A stretch of 64,000 nucleotides of DNA from assembly GCF_964204645.1 (NCBI RefSeq), contig NC_134031.1, positions 1,426,001 to 1,490,000 on the forward strand, given 5' to 3'. The stretch is from Tubulanus polymorphus. Taxonomy: Eukaryota > Animalia > Nemertea. This document shows positions 56,151-64,000 of the stretch, piece by piece; the first letter of the stretch is position 1, and each line of letters begins with the position of its first letter. The position numbers and the translations under genes are program-made. A model generated the notes under the pieces. The model was not told the origin of the DNA. It did no database searches and saw only the letters and a program-made list of their open reading frames with translations.

Positions 56151-57684
56151 GGCTGTTTTACTTTTACCGTTTGACGAATATGATCACTGATATATAAATG
56201 ATGAGCGAATACATCATTTGGATGATATATTTTTTCGGGCTATGATTGAAATCGATTTGTAAATTTCCACTTCTCTGATTTTAACGTGATTACAGATAAT
56301 TTATGTTTCAGCAAAAATAATTCGCGCATGTTTGAGCTTCGCGCACGATTAGAAATCCATATTTTTTATATTTTTCACGCCATATGATTTCGTTTCAGAT
56401 CGGGTCAAAAATTTTTTTTCTGCGTTTCTTGTCACTTTGTACCTTTACTAACTGATTCATTTTAGTAGACAGGTATAACAACCCGAACAAGGTCTCGTCC
56501 GACCAAAACTAAAGTCCGAAATTTCACACGAATTTGAACTATGACCGACCTAGTTACAGGGACGTGATACTAGTGTTGATTGTAAAATACGCAGTAACTG
56601 ACTCGATCCCGGACTGATTTGTGTGACGAATTCAAAAGCTCCGTTTCATTAATCGGATAAATTGTAACATGGTAATCTAAGGTAATATGTGTAGATATTT
56701 TTTTCATTCAGATGGAAGAGATTTTATATTCAATCTGTCCAAAATAAAATGGTTGCGATGAAACGAGTTAGTCGCTGGTTGGACTACGGACCAGGTTTAG
56801 ACCAAGCGCACTCACACAGTGAGGGTTAGTCTCCTGTCCCTAGGCACAATGCCGGTATGCATGTGGAGGACGGGCTTCGCTCGACTGAGGGTTAATCAGC
56901 CAGATGCCATTAGATCGCGAGTCAGGGCACGAGTGCAGCTGTCACGGACCGTGTGCCCAGTTCCAAAGTGCCATTTCATGACATGGCACTTTGGAACACT
57001 GTTTTGAATTTATCACGACATAGGGCAAATTATGTATCCCGTATATCCATAATATCATATATCTATACATATCTATATACTGCCGTTTGTCACCCGGTAC
57101 TGGGCCGCCCTCCGGGTGAACTCAGTGTAAGTTCATTCCGTCCGAGCCGGTGTCCGGCTAGTAGGTGGCAGCACTAACTGGACAGTGGCAGGTTGCAGGA
57201 ATCTCTGCGATGTATGTATGATATAAAACCTTCAAATATCAGAAACCTGTCATTTGATTCACTTCATTCATTTAAAATATATTTGTTAAACGAATTTATC
57301 TTCCCATATAACTAGAATTCTAAACCAATTTCTGCTGAACTTTGACGTTAATTTGCGACATTCAATTCATTCGGCACCCTCACTTGCCAGTGTTTGCATG
57401 ATCTTGTCACTTGTCAAAACTACACCCCCATAATCTGTAGCTTTTGGATTTCAACATTGAAATGAAGTACAGAATTGTCCTCGTTAAAAGAGAACTGTTC
57501 AAAGTAAATGAAATACTATCAACTGTTATTCAGATAAAATAGACATGTTTTTGAAGTGGCTACTTGACCTGCAAACCCGTCCTGGCTGGAGGAGATAGAT
57601 TTAAAAACATGACAAACATTTGACTTGTGTTCAATTTTACAGAGTAACAACAAGTGAAAGAAAAAAGAAGGAATAAGTGAAAAA

Positions 57685-60600
57685 ATGGCTACAACAACGC
57701 AAACAGTAAAAACCATAGAGAACAGTGCCGGGATCCCATCTATCGCAGAATTCTACGCTGGGCGTTCTATATTCATAACCGGTGCAACTGGGTTTATGGG
57801 TAAAGTTTTGATGGAAAAACTATTGAGATCTTGTCCTGATGTTGTATGTATATATATCCTCATCAGACCGAAGAAAGGATTGGACCCACGACAGAGACTA
57901 GAAAACTTACTGTCATCAAGGGTATGTACCTTTATGTATACACATCGACCCGCAACTCCACTTCAACCTGGAACCATCCCAGTTCAGTTCTGAACCACTA
58001 CCTTCAACCTGGAGCCAACCCGCTTCAATCTGGGACCATCCCAGTTCAGTCCTGAACCACACCTGTCCTTCCCCCTAGAGCCAACCCACTTCAGTCTGGA
58101 ACCATCCCAGTTCAGTTCTGAACCACTACCTTCAACCTGGAGCCAACCCGCTTCAATCTGGGACCATCCCAGTTCAGTCCTGAACCACACCTGTCCTTCC
58201 CCCTAGAGCCAACCCACTTCAGTCTGGAACCATCCCAGTTCAGTTCTGAACCACTACCTTCAACCTGGAGCCAACCCGCTTCAGTCTGGGACCACCCCGC
58301 TTCAGTCCTGAACCACACCTCCCTCCGTGGAGCCATTCTACTTCCGCCTGGAACCAACCAAGACTTCACATTATCCTGGAACCACCCTACTTCAGCGTGG
58401 GACCACCCCATAAGACATTCTGATTCACCATCGTAATTTGAAGCCTGGATGGGTACTTATTAAGAGTGTGCTGATAAAAATTAATGCCATATGCCTGTCT
58501 GGGGTGCAGGGTCCAAGCTGAAAATTGGGGTCTGTAACGAAATCTAGATTTATTTTGAACAATCAACTTTATTAAGTGCGCTGTCTTTCAATGAGGCCAA
58601 GTTTAAATGTCTCGGTTCAATTCATTCTCGATTGTTGTTTTATAGATTAATTCACCTTGGTGCTTGAATTGTGTGGCGTGATTTTAATCATTAAGTCTAC
58701 AGTCTGTATTTGAACTGGATTAATCCTGATTTTTCTTATCAACTCGATTCATGATCGTTTTCTCTCGTTCAGATATAAATAGTTTTGCAAAAAAATCGAT
58801 TGAAATCAGTTCATTTTGAGCAATTCATGCATTATCTCCAGGCAGTTGTCGATACTTGACCCTTCTCTCCCCTGAACCCTTTTATTGCTGACAGTTACGG
58901 CTGGAGATCATTTGAAAATTTCAGAAAATTCGACCCCAGTACTTTGTGTAACAGGCATACCACTAAGTGCATCTACCACACAACGCGGTGTATCTAAAGT
59001 TACATTATTTACTATTATTAGTACATTGTATAATAGAATAACATCACAATAAATGTGTGCGGTGTTTATCTATTTTACGTAGGTTTACGGAAAAAATTTA
59101 AGAACAGTTTTTTTTCTCCCCAAATATTCAGCTTTTCGATCAACTGAGACAAGAACAGCCGCTATTCGCCGAGAAGATTCAACCGGTACCCGGAGATATC
59201 CTGCAACCAAACATGGGTCTCAGTGAAGCCGATGAGGAACTGCTCATTTCTGAAGTGTCGATTGTTTTTCACTCGGCAGCCACTGTCCGCTTCGACGAAC
59301 CGATGAAGTATGTTTCCCTTATCCCTGAAAAAATAGAAATAAGAACGGAAAAGAAATTAACCCTTTCAGTGCTTGCTAATTAATACACGAAAGTGCTGGA
59401 AATAATTTGGAAATGTTTATAAATTCCACCGCAGTATGATGAATAACACAATGATATTGTTATTTACTAATATTTCGCCATGTTTGACAGGTGCTGCTAT
59501 CTTTCAATACAGATAAAAACTGATTACATCACTACACTGCAATGCGGTGTAATAGCAAAGGCTATCGCCGATTTGTACACCGCACTGCGGTGTAAACGCA
59601 CTGAAAGGGTTAAGGAAGAAATCAGTTACATTTTTGTAGATACGTTTTGGCACGAGTACAAATTTCAAGAAATAGAATACAAAAAGTATTTTTGTACGCG
59701 ATAGATCCCATGTGTTATTTTGCTGAAATGTTTGTTTATATTTTAGAATATCGATAGATATGAATGTAACAGCGACACAACGCGTTATAGATCTAACTAA
59801 AAAGTTCACAAAACTCGCGGTACGTGTGTAAAAACTAGTCAAATTTATTGAAAACGACTCAAGACTTTGTTCTGTAACTGTAACAATGTGTGTATTGTTG
59901 ATTCGTTGCAGTCGTTTCTACACACATCGACAGCGTACGCGAACTGTGACCAAACAGAAATCAGTGAATCAGTTTATACACCTCCGATACATCCTCAGAA
60001 ACTCATCGACGCTGTTGAGTAAGTCACTCGTAGATTTCATTATCTACTGTTTATAATATGAGATTAGAAATGAGTCAAGAGCCAGAAAACGGTCTTAGTG
60101 AGGGGAGAGGCCTCACTTGAATACTTATACTCTTTTTGATTGAGCTCTTCTGGAAGGGAAATTATCAAGTATCTTTTGTTTGCCCCATTTAGAAGTTTCT
60201 GCCAATTTTTGCATCTCTTTGAAGACAAAAGTCTCCTGCTGAGAAGAATATTCCGGCTTCCAGAAGAGCGCGATCTTACGTGGAAATCAGGGGATAGTCG
60301 GGGAATTATGTAAAAAGCTAATATTCAGGGAAACAGTTTCTGTCTATGCCTTACGTATTTGACTGTGTTAATGGATTGAATTCTTAGCAGAATCAGGGAA
60401 AACAATGTGCATGTCAGGGAATAGTCAGGGAAAAAAGTCAAGTATAAGTGACTGCTCTGATAATGAAAAAGGCCATTAAACTGTTCTGATTTTACAGATG
60501 GATGGATGAAGATGTACTGAACGCTTTAACACCTAAAATGTTAATTAATCGTCCGAATACATACACATACACGAAATCATTAGCAGAATTCCTGATCGCT

Positions 60601-63477
60601 GAGCAGTGTAAACAAATACCGACCGCTATATTCAGACCTTCCATCGTCGGTGCTTCCTGGAAAGATCCGATACCGGTCAGTGTAATATGTTTGATATGTC
60701 TGGAAAAAATCTAATTTCTAGAAGATCGATGTTTAATAAAACTGTGTATACTTTTTACAGGGTTGGGTCGATAATTATAATGGACCTACAGGAATTATAG
60801 CTGCCGTAAGTTACTTATTATGAATCCTGATAACACGAGTTGGAAGAAAGAGTTGAATTGTGTTTTGATGAAGATGGTTTATGATAATTTTCAGATGGGT
60901 AAGGGTATATTGCGTACGATGGTAGGATGTCGAGATGAGACCGCTGATTTGATACCCGTCGATACAGCTGTTAATATGATGATAGCAATAGGATGGCATA
61001 CCGGTGTCTACAGGTAAACAACACCCTAAGCCATCAATAACCATTTAATACGGTTTAAATAGCGTTTCAGCCCGATGTTGATAAAACAAAGAAGTACATG
61101 TATCATATTGTCATTTAGGTGAATCAAATAAACCATCCAAACTCTGATAATGCTTCAAGTCTGTGAAATATTCACATGGTGATTAGAAATATCAAGTGAA
61201 GTCAACTGCATGAATCATAAACTCCTTTATTATATAAACATGTAATTTCAGGCCTGAAGTAATGAAAGTATATCATGGTACAACTGGACAAATAAACCGT
61301 CTAAAATGGGGACAAATCGGTACGTATACACATATCCATACACGAGTGACTTTTTAATTCAATTGAATAAAACTCCACAATTACGACACAAAACTAAATA
61401 TAGGATTGATGTTTCAACTCGAATGATGATACAAACGATTTTCAAAATGTTTGGAAAATGGCTCGTAGGATTTGACTCAAAACACCAATTCTCAATTTAG
61501 TTTTACTGTAATTGTGGGTTGTTTTTCTTCAGTAGATTACGTTTGATGATAGTTTCTGCGTAGGTTGTTTACTGTTAGGTTTTACTTTTAGAGAAACAGA
61601 TTCTGCGAGTATTTGAACATCATCCCGTAGACGGTATGATCAGAGTTCCTAACGCTAGTTTCACGTGTTCCAGGTACGTTTGAACTCGCAGCTGCGTCTC
61701 TCGTGTTGAATATCGTGAACAAAATGAAATACGTTGTAATTCAATTTTCAGATTGTGGCATGAAATAAGGGTACGGTTTGATCACATGGTACCGGCTTAC
61801 ATGATGGATCTGTTCTTGTGGATTACGGGCAGAAAACCGATGTAAGCGATTTTATTTATATTAAATTTTTCGTGAACAAGTTCAGTTTCTGTAAGACGTT
61901 TTATGTGAATATGAACTATGTTTTCAGATTTGTAAAAGTACAGGACAAATTATGCAAATCAATGAACAGTTTGGCATATTTCACTTCACACGGTTGGACA
62001 TTTAGTAATGATAATATGTTTATGTTGCTCGATGTAATGACTGATACCGATAAACAGGTAATAACTCAATCTTACCGCGATTCTAAGATTCCCTGTTCTG
62101 AATTTCCATTTAATGATTCTATGCTATTCTATTTACAGGTGTTCGATTTCGACGTTAGTAAAATTGATTGGATGAAATACATTGAGACCTATTGTTTAGG
62201 AACGAAGGAGTTTGTGCTGAAAGAGGATCCAAATAAAACTAATCTCGCGCGAATGGCTTTAAAACGGTTTGTACCCCCATAGATACTGAATAACGAATGG
62301 TCTTCATCAATTAGCTTTACCCAAATTTATACAGTGGAACCTCGTTTTACAGCGAACTTCACGGGACCATAAAATATGTCCGTTATAACTGATAGTTTGT
62401 TTTATCCAGTATGAAATCTATCAAATTGTCTCACTTGGGTCAAAGTTTATATCGGATGAATCGTTGTACCTGAGTTCGTTATAACGAGGTTCCACTGTAT
62501 TATGTTGGGTCATCCATTAGTCTATGACTAATCCACTTACAAAATTGATTTGAAAATACTAATTTTGACTGAAGAATAGAGATGACTTAGACCATGTTCA
62601 CTTAAACTAGATAAACTGTATTGCCATTAATTTCAAGTCAAACACCTTCATCAAGACACCTGGTTCCACAGTTATGAGTAAGAGTTAACTCATAGTTGAA
62701 ATTAGTTAGTTTCCTAATCGTTGGTGGTAAGCCTTATACCAACCTTGTGGTTTGTGAGAATATCCGATCGTGAAACTAAACCACAGACAGGTTACTGACT
62801 AAAGTTGAAATTAGTTCATTTACATTGCGAACTATGAATCAAATCTTATTTACGGAAGCGATAAAGGGCCTCGAGTTGTCGCGTTCAAACTCGACAAGTC
62901 GCCATATTTATGTCGATATATCGCGATATATCGCGTAAAGTCGACATGAATTTGTCGACATATCGTGACTTTTTCACGACAAATTTCGCTTTTTCACCCA
63001 TTTTCCGCGGGACAAGCCGTCATTTGAAGACACGTCGAAATGTAAGATGAGGACGCCAGTGATATGACGACTGAGTTTCAAGTCGTCATGAATATGTCGA
63101 CTTGTCGCGAGGAAAGGGGTCGTGAAAACGAAATATGTCGTCAAAACGTCACGATATATCGACATATTCATGTCGACTTGACGCGATATATCGCGATATG
63201 TCGACATAAATATGGCGACTTGTCGAGTTGGAACGCGACAACTCGAGGCCCCTTATAGGGTTGCCGTAGGATCCTGTTAAATGAAAATAATCTGACGATG
63301 ATTTGTTGATTGTTTTCTAGGATGCAGAGAATAAATACGTTTTTGAACTGTGTAACTGTATTCGTTGTGTGGAGGTTATTGATGACACGGGTGAAGATCG
63401 CCAGCACTGTGTGGTATCGATTAGTGAACATCATCATGAAATTATACAATCAAATACCGAAAATATTCCTGTCCTAA
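57685..63477 (+). CDS. FAR1: Fatty acyl-CoA reductase (FAR1-like)
   Basis: Exons 57685-57921, 59132-59307, 59747-59819, 59912-60018, 60498-60675, 60761-60805, 60895-61013, 61252-61319, 61592-61673, 61752-61841, 61928-62057, 62139-62266, 63321-63477. Motifs: TGATGFMGK Rossmann fold, VFHSAATVRFDE, STAYAN, YTYTK catalytic motif, GWVDNYNGP, C-terminal membrane segment. AATAAA at 63624. Confidence 0.95.
57950..58410. repeat. Minisatellite of about 21-bp subunits with a 128-bp higher-order period (FAR intron)
   Basis: AGTTCAGTTCTGAACCACTACC recurs at 57981, 58109 and 58237. Confidence 0.88.
59361..59609. mobile_element. piggyBac-like MITE in a FAR intron
   Basis: TTAA|CCCTTTCAGTGC...GCACTGAAAGGG|TTAA. 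Confidence 0.75.
62332..62497. mobile_element. Tc1/mariner (pogo/Tigger-like) MITE in a FAR intron
   Basis: TA|CAGTGGAACCTCGTT...AACGAGGTTCCACTG|TA. Confidence 0.8.
62865..63252. mobile_element. Foldback MITE with long (>100 bp) inverted arms in the last FAR intron
   Basis: GGGCCTCGAGTTGTCGCGTT...AACGCGACAACTCGAGGCCC, TAA/TTA flanks, CpG-rich arms. Confidence 0.8.
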
Positions 63478-64000
63478 ACCATAAAATCAATCATCAGCAG
63501 TAGAGTAAGACACGGGTCAATACCCGTGTACCGCGTGTCGCAGGACTCTTCGGTAGGAAGTACCACATCGTTACTGTAGATCTACGATCGTGACGTCTGA
63601 AAATAACATTCACTGATCTCAATAATAAAAGTGTTCAAGAAAATCTCAACATCATCGTCGTCGACATGAACAGTTTATTCAGAGCTGATTCTTCCAATGA
63701 AACTCGGGACCAGAAACTGAAATGTATAGATACTAGACAGGACTCTATCGATAAATCTGAAATAAGCGAGTTTTCTTCAAGCGATTCTGTGATTATTTCA
63801 TGTTTGGGGTAAAGCTATAATTAGCCTCCGGTGATTATGTTAATGTGCTATTTTTCGTATATTCATTGTATTCGGTTTTATTTTTGTCTGCATGCGTTCT
63901 GTGGAAGTAGTCGGTGATCTACACAGTCGGCAGCCAGCGCTCAGGCAGGCGCCTAGTGTAGATAATAGTATTCTAATATTTTGTCAATGTATTTTTATAG

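Noticed and set aside
56820-56895. Telomerase-RNA template-like CTAACCCTCA on the - strand
   Set aside because: Does not match the CTAACCCTAA permutation needed for TTAGGG; no other telomerase RNA domains recognised.
57984-58411. Repetitive Trp/Gly-rich ORFs on the - strand
   Set aside because: Translation of the intronic minisatellite.

Overview
Eukaryotic, intron-rich, AT-rich DNA, most likely from a lophotrochozoan invertebrate (inferred from the gene content; the species cannot be determined). I rebuilt six protein-coding genes by hand from splice sites and reading-frame phase. (1) <1-10783 (+): a 5'-truncated mosaic gene of >1,520 aa: C-type lectin, SUEL lectin, C-type lectin, F5/8C, 2x TSP1, LRRs, then a large single-exon alpha-helical/coiled-coil region and a beta-rich C-terminus that resembles toxin/pore-forming families. 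(2) An intronless rhodopsin-class GPCR (1987-2955, +) nested on the same strand inside an intron of gene 1. (3) A 3-exon TNF-superfamily ligand (12368-15081, -). (4) An allatostatin-C/somatostatin-type neuropeptide precursor (-) whose signal-peptide exon (49956-50033) and peptide exon (18285-18464) are about 31.5 kb apart, which explains the apparent gene desert. (5) A second intronless GPCR (55236-56150, -). (6) A 13-coding-exon fatty acyl-CoA reductase (57685-63477, +). The non-coding DNA holds several MITE families, Penelope-type minimal hammerhead ribozyme motifs (two inside long palindromes), and micro- and minisatellites. All family assignments come from motif recognition, not database searches.
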